Positions 23,701 through 36,250 of a stretch of DNA of 64,000 nucleotides are shown one piece after another. The notes beneath the pieces were generated by a model. It had not been told where the DNA came from and made no database searches. It was given only the letters and a program-made list of their open reading frames with translations. Source of the DNA: Podarcis melisellensis (Eukaryota); the NCBI GenBank assembly GCA_964234715.1, contig OZ174276.1; one strand, written 5' to 3'. The first letter of the stretch is position 1. Every line of letters begins with the position of its first letter. Made by a program: the position numbers and the translations under genes.

Positions 23701-26590
23701 TAACAAGGGGCTGCAGGTGCCAACATCCTTGGACTAGACTCTAGAGCATCCAGCCTTAACTTACAGTGGAGAGATGAAGGACTGTCTCAGTTGATATTAC
23801 AGTGCAGAAACCCAGGCCAGGCATCGGGCTCGGGAGACCCGTACATACATGGTCACTGTCGTTTCAATAACAGAATATATTGTTTGGAGGCTGGTCCTGA
23901 GAATCCTAGCTTTTGCTGCAGAACCTCATGGTTGTTTGTAGTGGAGAAAAACTAAATTACAGAAAAGCAGGGAAGGTCTGGAAAGGAGTCCAGTGGCTGA
24001 TGTGGCAGGTATGAGAGTGAAGCATCCTCATTTTTCCCAAGTTGGAGAAGGCTGCTTTAAATGCCATTTAATGGTGTGTGGTTCAGTGTAGCCTGGATTT
24101 GCCATTGTTCCATGAACTCGTTTCTATCTCATGCGGTCGCACTAAAGTATTGCCAGCAAAAGTAGCAACCTTGCAAAAGGGTGCTGACAAGCTTTGGTTG
24201 CATTTATCTGAACAAAGGAGATTCATCTTGATTCCCAGGGATAACCTGAAAGTTATTACATGATGTTTCTTTTATGCCGAGGACAGAGAGATCAGAAAGT
24301 GAGTGGCCCAGCCAGGACATCTACATCATTCTTTCAGACTCTTTGAAACTGATAAGGCCTGTGGTTCCAGCTATGAACCACTCCATAGCTATTTGTGACC
24401 TCCTGAGAGAACTCAAAATGCTTAATGTTAACAGCACCTTCTTACTATTTTTGTGAGAGAACATCCAAAGGGAGCAATCCCAATTGCATCCAAAGTGGCA
24501 AGTAGGGGAATAACTACATCGGGACATTTTCATAGCATCTCCTCTCTCTGAATTCGGTCCAGTTGGCACCAGTTTTGGTGCATAGCCCACTCACCTTGTA
24601 TGAATTCCTAGGAGAAGGAAAGTCTTATGTTCTCTTTCTGCCAAACTCAGCAAGGAAGTTGCTGGGGAGGCGGGGGATGAAACAAGTCAAGTGGGAAGGA
24701 GAGTGTGCAAGGGAGTGGGTAGCAGAGATGGGATGTAAGAAACCTGCAGTGGTACAGAAACGAGGGTGCTATGGAGTCGGTCTCTGAGATTTCAAACAGT
24801 CTTTCTCAGCCCTACCTGGAGATACCGGGGATTGAAACTGGAACTTTTCACATGGAAAGTATGTGCTGTTCCCTTTCCCATACTGGTTAGCAGTGGCTTC
24901 ACATAGACCTAAAGCGGGAGAGAAAGCCAGCTGTAAGATGGAGAGGGATGCAAGGAGATTTCTGGAGGGGGAAAACAGAAAAAGGAAATAGCAGATAAGA
25001 GTACAGACCAGTGGCACTTCAGACAGAGAGAAGGAGGCCTAACAGGAATGCAGAGAGCCAGGAACATGCTGTGGGCCACGCAGAGAAAAGAGGCATTAAC
25101 AAGATTGTTTTTAAAAAGAGAACACTGAGCAATAAAATAAAATAAATTGGAATAAAATTTTGTTCCTTTGCAAGCCTAACAGAGTAGCCCTGCTAACTAT
25201 AAAAGTGTCTCTTAGTATTTGAGTTGTGCACCCTTGAAACGGACCGATCAATAATACATGCTTTCAGCTTTGCAATCAGCAGTCATTGAGTAAGAACAGT
25301 CACTTCCTTTTTTTCTAGCCAAGATTTTGCAACCTTTCCAATTATCCTGATGTGTTCTGTCCTCAAAGGTTGTGTATTAAGTTGCTATAATAAGTCTTAA
25401 CATTTTGTCTGCTTTTTTCTGTTCAAACCTTTGGGACCAAAACAGCCATTGCTATCTAACAACTTTCTTGTCTGAAGATGCATCAAGCTATTCCAGGAAT
25501 CCCATTATTTGAAACACAGGCAGTGATAAGGGTCACCGGACCCTGAGTCCTTTCTGATTTCTGATACCTTTTGTTTCTAGAAAGTCTTGGGGTGTTGAGT
25601 TGTTCCTCTACCCCCACCCGGGGAAGACCTTGCTCACTGTGATGGGCTGAAAGAATATAGATACCTTAGATGGTTACCCTAGCAGGGGCCTCTGTGAACA
25701 AGTGCTGGAATTACAAGGCTATGACTGATGCTTATTTTCCTTACAAGGTTGAAAAGGCATCTAGAGCTACTATTGTTAAACCCGATAGCCACCAGAAAGG
25801 GGAAGCGACTTCAACTGTGGGATCAAAGCCAGGAAAACAAATGTTGTCAACTTGTCTGCTTTAAGAGAAAAGGGGTTGCATCTGAAGAGAGCGTCCTGCA
25901 ATGTGTGCCTATTTACTGGAGGGCGAATGTGCAGACTGGCAGCAACATGGAGTTTTTGGAACCCATAAAGACTTCAAGGCATTGCTTTGATATTTTGTTA
26001 TTGCTGTTTGTGCTGGCTGCATTATCCCCATGTCCCATGAATTATTTTAAAGTGTTCTCGAGGGCAGAACTGATCAACTGCAGGCTTCTCTGCCGAGTAC
26101 TCCAGCCAAGGGGTCCCTGAAGCTCCAGCTGTGTGTGTGCTTTTTCTTAGCTAGTTGGACTTTCCCCCTCCCCACTCTACCCCAAGGAACACACACTGGC
26201 ATGACTCAGTCCTGGGGCTTAGGAAAGGCCAGTTCACAGATCTCTGCTTGTGCTGGGAAGCAGTGAAGAGAGGTAAGCATCCCAGAGTCTGGGAAAGGCA
26301 GCAGACAACTGTGGTCCCATCTTCAAAGGAGCTGAAGAGGCCCCACATGCTTCCATCTAAATATTTATTCCCCCCTCCAATGTATCTTAACATTTCTCCA
26401 AGTGTTGAATCAAGCTATTCTTGGCTTTGTCAACAAGAGGAAAAATACAAACGAGCCGAGGATCTTTTCTCATTGCTGTTCTACTTTCATATTCTTTGGT
26501 GCGGTTTTGGGTGCTCTCACATCTTTGAGTCAGTGAATCTGATGGTGGCAAAGCCTATGCAGGTTGAGAATCTTCCAGTAGACTTAGATA

Positions 26591-26722
26591 CAGGTAGGTA
26601 GCCGTGTTGGTCTGCCGTAGTCGAAACAAAATAAAAAAATTCCTTCCAGTAGTACCTTAGAGACCAACTAAGTTTGTTATTGGTATGAGTTTTCGTGTGC
26701 ATTCACACTTCTTCAGATACAC
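26591..26722 (-). mobile_element. Penelope-like terminal fragment with hammerhead motif (26683-26720)
   Basis: Reverse complement reads GTAT-CTGAAGA-A-GTGTG-AATG-CACAC-GAAA-AC-TC-ATAC; same family as 2414-2514. Confidence 0.75.
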
Positions 26723-27816
26723 ACAGACTTGTTACACAGGGACAAACTCGGCAATTGAGTTTCCAGACACACAAGGTACCTTTTGAAAATTGAACCTTCA
26801 TTTCTGTGCTTCAGATGGAATGGGACACCATGGTTTCCCATTGTGTCTGGAGAAAGCCTGTGTAACCAAAGAGAGAGCGAAAACAGCAAGTACAGTGAAT
26901 ATTGCACCTTTCCAGTTTGTATGTCAAGTCTTAGTCTGTTTACTGTCCCTCTGTGTTGCTCTTAGCAGAGAATATATGCCACTAAACATGTTAGTTTTTG
27001 GTATGATTGTCTGTCCTGGGTGGTCCCATGTGCCCAAACAGACCAGATATGTTCAGTACTAATACTGTTAGTACTCCATGGTCAGAACTTGCTGTACTTT
27101 GGCTTGGGAGTATCTTAAGTAGACTGTCTCCACTTACTTTACCCTTGTGTAAAAGTTCCCCTTTCAGACCATATCTCATAAAAGGTAAAAGACTTAAGCC
27201 TCTGTTTTCCAGCTGCCTCACGCTCACTCTCTGTTTGATCATGGTCTCCTCTGCTTTGGAAAGCTTTTTCCTTGGGTATTAAATGAGACAAGACCATTTA
27301 GCCAACGTCCCTTTGACTGTGGTGGTTCTCATGTTTGTTTCCTTTCCGGAGATGCTCTTTGCTGCTTGTCAGGGAAGCTTTTGATCTGCTAGCTTCCCCA
27401 TTGAATTTTCCAAGTGCTGATTTCTGTGTATCTTGAAGGAATGTGTGTGTGTGTGTTTGGGGGATGGTGTTGTGAGGTATTTCATGCTGGTAGCTTGGAT
27501 TTCTGCATTCATGCGCATGTCCCCTTTGAAGCCCTCATTTATTTATTAATCTTTAAACATCAAACTAACAGTGGACCTGTGGCACTCTAATCATTTCAGC
27601 TCATGTAACGGAAAGAATGCTTCCTCTTTTGGCAGCTGCAAGTCCCTGTCCCCTGTCTCCAACTCCCCACCCGCCCCCGTCCCTCCACACAAAAAGGGGG
27701 GGAAAGAAAAGAAGACGACAACAGCCTCTTCCTGATCTCAAGGTCTCTGAACGAACTTGGCAAACTAAGTAGCAGTGTGGTGAATTGCATCCTTTTGCAG
27801 CAGCCTTTTGTTGTAG

Positions 27817-27818
<2 letters not shown>

Positions 27819-27848
<30 letters not shown>
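27819..27848. repeat. (GT)n microsatellite
   Basis: About 15 dinucleotide units. Confidence 0.95.
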
Positions 27849-27853
<5 letters not shown>

Positions 27854-29001
27854 AGTTGTTAGGGAGGAGGATTTATAAAAGAAAGGCTGTTGAAATATTG
27901 GAGGGGGGGTGTGGGTGTGTGCAGTCTTTCCACTATAATATATATACTGTAATGTAAAGATCCAGGGAGAAATATGTTGCTTCAAGTAATTGCCTCTGTT
28001 TAGCACGCTGACAAATATCGTTGTGACCAATGTGCTTATAGGACCGTGTTCAAGGCTTCTCCAGCATGTCGTGGGTTCCCCAGTTGCCTCCCACACTCCC
28101 AGCTGCACTTTTTCAGTGGCTTCTCATTTGAATCTATGACGTGCGACTTCAGGTGCCTGTTTCGGTTGTTGCTCACCTGATACTCACCTCACTCCAGTTC
28201 ATCTAGCATTAGAGTCTCTGTAGCAAAGTTTGGACCGCTCGGAACACGCTAAAAGTGCCAAATGATGGGTCTTATTTTTATCCCCGCTTAATATAGGCAG
28301 TAAGGCTCTTGAAATAGGGGCAGAGAGTAACAGCCTTTCTAAATTAGAATGGTGGGGGAGAATAATGTGATATGTACTCCAGGACTGGTGAGGAAACTTC
28401 CAATGCCTTAAAACTTTGAACACTATTTTATTTCCCTTGAAAAAGAAGGCAGCTCTCAAAATTATTATGTTGGAGGCCTCTTTCTTTTGTGACTGAGAAG
28501 TGAGAAGGCTCAGACTGCTGCTACCATCAAACGAGAAGGTGTTTCTGAGCTGTGAGATTCTACTTTGCACATGCAGTCCTGATTGATTTATATTAACTCT
28601 AGAAATACTTTTCTAGTTTCTAGGGTAGCTTGGGTTTTGCCGGTTTTTTTATCCACAAGTTTCTTTTTTTAGACTTGTGATGCCATAAAGAAACAAGACT
28701 CTCATCTTTTGATTTCATAGCTTATTAGTGTTTCTCTCTCTGGGACAGGATTCAGCATAACACTAAGGCAATTCGGCTTGCTAGATGAATCAGTCCCCCA
28801 TTTCTTCTGCCTGCATTCTGTCTGGAGTTCTTTTGAGTAGTTATGCATAGAATTACACTGTCAACAGCAGTTTCTCAAACTTTGATATCTGGTGAATAGT
28901 TCTCCTGCAGCCCCTTCACCCCACATTAAAATGGGAGGCATTGCACTAAAGCATTTTGCAGAGCACTGTAGGAGCACCTTTCCTTGCAAGATAGCCCAGA
29001 C

Positions 29002-29137
29002 CAGGCATGGCCAAACTTGGCCCTCCAGCTTTTTGGGGACTACAATTCCCATCATCACTGACCACTGGTCCTGTTAGCTAGGGATGATGGGAGTTGTAGT
29101 CCCAAAACAGCTGGAGGGCCAAGTTTGGCCATGCCTG
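29002..29137. mobile_element. 136-bp palindromic hAT MITE (ACTACAA-TCCCA family)
   Basis: Near-perfect hairpin CAGGCATGGCCAAACTTGG...CCAAGTTTGGCCATGCCTG; 8-bp TSD GCCCAGAC. Confidence 0.93.
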
Positions 29138-29475
29138 GCCCAGACAATATTGCTTCCCATTATCCCTCCCCTTAGCCTTGTGTCAGTCAGGGCCTAGGAT
29201 TCAGACCATGCTTTCTGGACAGTGGTGAGCTTTCTGGGATTGCCCTGCATCTGTCAGTTCATAAAGCAGGGGAGGGGGAGAGGCTGCTGCTGCTTGGGTC
29301 TCCCCACTCCAAGAGGCATCAGAGTGTGGTGAATGTGTGCAACACGGTAGCTAACCTTTTCAAGGCACTCGTGAGCTCTCTTGCAGTACACTCTACTTTA
29401 ACAGCAATTGGTGAAGACCTCTTGAGCTCTTCATAAGAGGAGAAAATGTGTATTGGCATTTTTAACTTAAAAAAA

Positions 29476-29846
29476 AGTTAAAGGACCCCTGGATGGTTAA
29501 GTCCAGTCAAAGGCGACTATGGGGTTGCGGCGCTCATCTCGCTTTCAGGCCAAGGGAGCCAGCGTTTGTCCACAGACAGCTTTCCAGGTCATGTGGCCAG
29601 CATGACTAAACCGCTTCTGGTGCAATGGAACACCATGATAGAAACCAGAGAGCACGGAAATGCCGTTTACCTTCCTGCCACAGCAGTCCCTATTTATCTA
29701 CTTGCACTAGCATGTTTTCAAACTGCTAGGTTGGCAGGAGCTGGGACAGAGCGACGGGAGCTTACCCTGTCACAGGGATTCGAACCACTGACCTTCTGAT
29801 CGGCAAGCCCAAGAGGCTCAGTGGTTTAGACCACAGCGCCACCCGC
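29476..29846 (-). mobile_element. Sauria SINE (Squam1)
   Basis: Reverse complement begins GCGGGTGGCGCTGTGGTCTAAACCACTGAGCC, has the B box GGTTCGAATCC and the GCAAGTAGATAAATAGG body. Confidence 0.92.
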
Positions 29847-32800
29847 TTTACGTGTACCTTGAGCTAGTTTAAATGAACTGTCTAGTCACCTAAATCCTGT
29901 ATTTCATGCAGAGATGTCTGTGTTAACGTTTTAACATGCTGACTAATTCCATGTCCTGTTTGTAATCTTTCTGAAACATCTGGCTAGCTGCTGTTGGATA
30001 TAGAAGTAGATGGACCCCCAGTCTGATCTTGCAAGGCACTTCCTAAGTTCTTTTGTTGTTAATGTGTTGATATCTCCAGGCCAAAGCTGAGATGCTGTGA
30101 TAGCACAGATCTGTCACAATCTCCCCTTTTAACCAAGACTATCAATATCAGCTTTTAAGAGCATTCAATTTTGCATCTTTTCACGTGTGCCTCTATACTT
30201 TACCAACTTAATTTGGTAAGCTGCTTTCATTTGTGTTAAGAAGACAGAGATGAATGCTGTGGAAGGACCCTGCAATATTCCATTAAATTGCAAATAGTCG
30301 TATATGTTTATATAAAGCTTGGCAGGTTCTTCTGAGAAAGAATGGTACAAATGAGGTTGGACTGCACTCTACTGGACTACCCTTGGCTCGAGTGTCAAAT
30401 AACACAAGTTCCTGTATTAGGCACCATCTGTTCTTTCTAAAATCTAGCTTTTGGAAGGCCTGATGCTACTCGCCCTCTAACTTGGGTTTTGATTTTGGAG
30501 TCTTCTACTCTTTCATGCGTTAATCGAAAATATAACCAAAATGAGAATGTGATTTTCAGAAGATCTGGAGAATTCCTGATCCTAATGTGTTATCCCGGAA
30601 AAGAGGCAGGAGCAGAGCCAATCATTCCAAAGCCAAAGGTATCCATAGCCCAGAGGCAGCATTGAGTGACTCATTCCTTGGAAGCAGTTGCTGCCAGCGG
30701 CAAAATCGGAAGTGGCCTCTAGTCTTCTGTTTTCATTTAATATTCGGTCCCATGGCAGAAAAATGAAAATGGCATGGAGATGCCATCAGATGGTGTTATC
30801 CCATAGCAGTGAAGTGATAGGAATGTGCAAGAGTTCAGTGGCAAGGTGGATTTAGAGAAGGAAAGCAGAGGTGGAATGAAGTTGTTTTCTCTGTAAATCT
30901 TTTTAACGTGTTCAAAAGCTACCCTGAAAGTCCATAATGATCATTTTGCTGATTTTTGTGCATTGCAGGCGAAAGGATTTAATTGGTCCTATTGAGAGAA
31001 TATACTTTTCCTTTCCTTCACCCATGGAATGTATTGTGTCTTTGGGATTCCCGTGTAATTTATACAACAGGCAGAGGGAAGCAGACAAATGACACACAAA
31101 TGAGCCTTAAAAGTAAAGGAGGGAGCTGTGGAGAAGCCCCTTTGAGGGGAGGTTTTTATTGGCCAAACTCTAGGAAGGGAAAAAGGTGGGCAAGGGATGC
31201 AGAGCTGGGAGGGGGAGAGGAAAAAACGAGTCTGGAGGAGGTGGCTGAATGTTGTGTGCTTACGAGCTGCTGTCCCATTCCTTTAAGTCTCTTCCAATTA
31301 AAAGAGCTTTGGACTGATGTCTTGCCAGTGGTGGGAATTGGTTGGGAGAGGAGGAGCTCAGAAGTTAAAGCGGGACTTATTTGTCAACCTCTGAGTAAAA
31401 ATAGGGTAGCGGCTCTTATCGGAGCATGCTGTGTGTGTGTGTGTTGCAGCATTTGTGCCTCGTGCGTCTCTCATTCTTGAACTGTGTTCCTCTGCGCTCT
31501 GTCTATCCCTTCTTTCTTTGTGCCTCACTCACAGGCCCTGCCATGAATTTTCTCTGACCCCTTGGGGCCATTCCCACATGAAGCTTTGATGTGTGTGCCC
31601 AGAGCTTGATTGACAAGGAAGTTTTAGTGGCAGCAACTGGAGAATCGAAGAGAAAAGGGCAGGGCTTTGAACTAAAGGGCTTTGAGCTCCGAGATGCTGT
31701 GCTTAGTTATCTCCTTCAGAATGTTAATTATTCATCATGATAATTGGGCAGGAGAGGGGAAAAAGAGAGGGGAGGTTATTAAAAAATTCCAACACTAACA
31801 CGCTACAAAAACCTCATTTTCCAACGTTGTGACTGGCGTGAAAAGGATAGTGTGTATGTGAAGAGGTTTGGGGGGGCCTTCTTTTTTCTTTTTCTTTTTT
31901 TAATCCATTCCCTAAATAGTAGGATCCCTTCAGATGAAGGCAGCGGGGACATCAAAGCTTTTGTAAGAGTTTTCTTGGGGGTTTCTTAACTGTGTCTGGT
32001 ACTTTTTAATTAAAAAGTTTACGGAGAGCCGTCTTTGTGACTGGCTTCTGGTGGAGCTGGCAACCCTGGGTCCTGCTGCTTGAGAAAGAAAATGTTTTTA
32101 AGGGGCCTAATAAATATTGTTTCCTACTACTAGGATGTCAGGTTGGCACTGTGAAAGACCTCGTCGCTAGAAAGGAGGTGAACCCTGGTGCTGAGGAGGG
32201 CAGGGAGTGCGGGCTTTTCCTGGGAACTAGACGTTGTCGGCCACTTTGAGTGCCCATGCCCACATCCGCCCCTCAGGTGCTCATTCCAAGTCTATGGCGA
32301 ATGGGTCAGGAAGAGACATTCTGCGGTCACTGTTATGCAGAATGTATATCCTGACATTGTTTCACATCAGTCGCTTCAAATAATGGAAGCAACGTGGTTT
32401 CTGTGGCAAGTGAATATAACACCATCCTGTCCTCTTTCGTTCCAATACATAGCTTTTGGACCCAAATCAGAAGTTCTCCATCAAGAACACTGACAATGGA
32501 ATGATGTGTTTGGTGGGAAGCATAAGATTTCCAGACTTACGATGCTGGGAATTTTTGCCTCAGTGTGCATCACCTTTGTAGGTGTTTACATGGAACAGGA
32601 TTTGCCATGTTGTTGCTCCTTTAGTTTGGAAAGATCCTTGTGGAGCTTGAGTTGTCACCATCCTGAATAACTTAAGAATTCTCAGGTATATTCCATCCAG
32701 AGCCAGTGAGCTAAGTTTCTAATTTGTCAGTAAGTCCTAGAATGTCATCATCTTCCCCCCTTCATGACTTAGATCTTCAGATGCCCTCATTTCCAGGAAA

Positions 32801-34230
32801 GTGGTTTATTAGCAGATATCCAGTATTATTATTTTTTGCTCATCCAGCTTTGCTGCAATCTCCCTATCTTCCTATTAGCATCCTTTCTCTCCTTTGTCAT
32901 CTAATGGTCCAACTGCCTCCATGTCCTGCTTCTGACATACTTAAATTTTGTATTAATACTTTTAGAACATGTTCCTCACTCCCTCTCCCCACCCCACAAG
33001 CGTTGCCAGGCACTTAAAAGACTTTGGGTACGTGCCCATGACACCCGCTTGTCCTAATTTATATTTATAGATGCCTCTGGGTGAATTAAGATGGTGGGTA
33101 TCTCTAGAGCAAGGGGTGGCAGGAGGGTCTCACAAGCACTGTGCTTTGCAAGGCACCCAGCTGCCCTCTAAGCAAATGAATGTTACCTTTCAACTTCCTT
33201 TTAAATATAGATAGATACGTAGATACATAGATAGATGGTAACTAAATCTTGTTCATTTGCTGTTGTTGTATATTCATATTTATAGGATTCTTTTTTAATT
33301 GCCCTGTATTATATATTGTTGGCTAACTTGGGTGCTTGATGTAGAAAGTCAAGATATTACATTTAATTATTTATCCACAAATCCCCATTATTTAAGTTTT
33401 CTCTTTTGAAAACAAATGTGACTGTGCTGGACATTCTGGGCAACTTTCCACTTACATATGTATTGAATTTAGCAGCACAGTCAGTTCATCAACACTTAAC
33501 ATCTTACACCAGACTTCTCCAATGTAGTGCCCTCCAGATGTTGTTGGACTCCCAGCTCCCATCCATCCAGCATGGCCAGCCATTGTAGTCCAAAACACTT
33601 GGCAAGCACCAGATTAGGAAAGGCTGGGCTATATTGTGATGGCCTACACATATGTAAAGGGCTTTGTTGCCAGCATGGTGGCATTCTCGGTATTCTTGAA
33701 ATGTGGCGACCTGGTTTGCACAGAGTGGTAAGCCGTTAAAAGTCTACAAGTTAACCACAAGTTGTCCCACGGACAATGATTATTTGGTTTTCCAAAGTTT
33801 GGTTTGTTGCTTCTCCTGCTTCTCTTGCCTTTTCCTTTACAGTTTGGTAAGCATCATCTAGGATGGGGTGGTCAAACAAACCATGGTTAAGGAAGGATCC
33901 TGGGAGTAATGCCAGGTCACTGTTAGAACAAACCAAGGTTCAAACCATTGCTGCAACAAACCATAGCTCCAGAGTGTAGTTTGTTGGCAGTAAGTAAACC
34001 ATTGTGAAGTTGCTGGGCCGGGTTTACACATAACATTAAGTCAGTTTAGTAAACCATGGTTTAGCGTTATGTATGAAACCAGCCATGTTGTGACAAGCAA
34101 GATTTCCCCACTTTTAAGTTTCAAGGAAACAGTACTGTTCTGTGCATGCATGTTCCCAAGGCTGAGAGGAGAGGCATTTCTGGCCCTGGCTGTGTTTCTT
34201 CTAACCCTGGCTATTCTCTCTTGTTAATAG

Positions 34231-34282
34231 GCTAACCTCTTCCCTGCTGCCATTGTACATTTTGGATCTGAGATGCAGAAAG
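34231..34282 (+). CDS. ASPSCR1: ASPSCR1 coding exon (~exon 13): ANLFPAAIVHFGSEMQK
   Basis: taatag|GCT ... AAAG|gtgagt. Confidence 0.95.
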
Positions 34283-35488
34283 GTGAGTCACGTTTCTTCT
34301 TCCTCTCCATAAGAAACTCTGCATAGTTGTTACATGATCATCTAGATGAACTGTGTCCACGGTTTCAGCTATGGTGGCTGAACTCTGATTAATGTGTTGG
34401 GCATAAATAAGTGGATATTTATAGCTCGGGGCTCTTAGAGGTTCATGAAACCTTTTCGTTTGATGCAAATTAAATGATAGCCCAATATGGAAATGGTTGT
34501 AAGGGAAGTGCCCACTCTGGTTTAAGGTGAAATGAACTGAATCTTGGTGCCATTCATTGTTTGCTGTAGAAATTTTGGTTCACAGGTGGCTTTTTTCCCC
34601 CAATTTGGGGGTGAGGCCTGTTTTTAGGTGAAAATCTCTGCTTCCTATGTACCACCCCTTTCTCAATTCTTTTTTGACTCAGCTAGGGAGCACTCTTTGT
34701 CCTATTGTGTGTACCTTGAGTTAGCTAACAGCTATAGAAATCTTCATCATGCAAAATAGGCGAGGTATTATCTTTTTTTGAATTGGCCCATCTTCAGTTA
34801 GTGTGCAGAATTGCACACTTTTTCAGGGTAGGTATTTAGACCTTAAGTAAAAATTGGGTCCAAAGTATGGCAACTTTATGTATATTTTCTGCATCTAACT
34901 TATTTTTTTGGACCAGACACTAATACAGTAAATGTCCACGTGATCATTTCACAGTTGTCTCTCGCCATGGTTCACTGTTAATCTGAGGACAAATGTCTGT
35001 GTGGTGCATACTGTTCTGGACATCTTTAAAATGCAGCAGGACTGACCACCATAGTTGGATGGGCTTTAGGGGGATTTGTCTGCAGGGAAGATCAGAGTAG
35101 GGTTGTGCTGCAGGTTGAAGATAACATCTGGTAGTCTCTCCTAACGGTTCAATTTACTAGGAAACTGCCAAGAACTAAATGATAAAAGAAACATATACAA
35201 GCAGGGGGAGACACCATCACTGTCTGGCAGTTCTATTTTTGTGTAATGTTGTAGTCTTTACTCAACTAGTTCACAGAATGGGATCTGATAGGCAGATGCG
35301 TGTTTTAAAATACACAATCTTAGAAGTTGAGATAAATGTTTCACAGGTTGGGAGAAGAGTACTGAAGAGGATTAGTGCAGCTTGTTGGGGCTATTGGTTT
35401 CACAAAATAACAGAGTTGCATCATGGGGCTTCCTAGCTCTGAAGGACAAGAACTTTGAGTGAGGGGTGTGTGTGTGTCTGTTTAACAG

Positions 35489-35555
35489 ATTATCTGAGGT
35501 TGGACCTCCTGGAATCTGCTGTGTCCCCTTCTGAAGCTGACATCTTAGTAGCTAG
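35489..35555 (+). CDS. ASPSCR1: ASPSCR1 coding exon (~exon 14): YLRLDLLESAVSPSEADILVA
   Basis: taacag|AT ... GCTAG|gtaagt; resembles YLEPGLLEHAISPSAADVLVAR. Confidence 0.94.
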
Positions 35556-35605
35556 GTAAGTAGTGTGAGTAATTCTTTTTGAAGCTGTTGTGGATGAGTG
35601 AGTTA

Positions 35606-35775
35606 TCATAGAACTGCAGAGTTGGAAGGAATCCCGAGGATCCTCTGTCTAGTCTAACCCCCTGCAATGCAGGAATCTCAGCTAAAGCATCCATGACAGA
35701 TAGCCATCCAACCTCTGCTTAAAAAGCTCCAGTGAAGGAGAGTCCACCACCTCCCAAGGGAGACCATTCCACTGA
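35606..35775 (-). mobile_element. CR1 LINE 3' end (similar fragment at ~20270-20370)
   Basis: ATCATAGAA...GTTGGAAGG...CCATCCAACCTCTGCTTAAA...CCACCACCTCCCAAGG...TTCCACTG. Confidence 0.75.
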
Positions 35776-36039
35776 GTTGTTGCCTTGCCCAATGAAGAGT
35801 TTGCCAGCAGTTTACAAAGCTTGCTTTTACACCTGTTCTCCCACTGACAGCTTTGAACACCCCAAATGAATGAAGAGAGACCCCTGTAGTATCAAAAGCC
35901 ATAGGGATTGGAAGGCATTTTTGCTGATATGCAACCTCTGGCTTTCGCAACAGTATTTGCAGCGATTTACATTTTGGAATATGTAAGCTTAGCAACTGGA
36001 AGACCCATATGAACATCTAATACTTACCTTTTCTCTCAG

Positions 36040-36230
36040 GCGGTTGTCTAAATCAGCACCTCCCACTAAGCGAAATTCAGATCCTGTTCTTGGTTCCATA
36101 CCAAAACCAAATGAGACTGATGGGAGCGTGGCAAGAGGGCACTCAGAAGCAGCAGTGGCTCCTGAAGCAGCACAGCCACCAGTAAGGAGGACGCCATCTG
36201 GGAAAGTGCCAAAGTGGCTGAAGCTGCCAG
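36040..36230 (+). CDS. ASPSCR1: ASPSCR1 coding exon (~exon 15): RLSKSAPP...VRRTPSGKVPKWLKLP
   Basis: tctcag|G ... CCAG|gtacct; conserved GKVPKWLKLP. Confidence 0.95.
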
Positions 36231-36250
36231 GTACCTTCTTAAGTATTACA

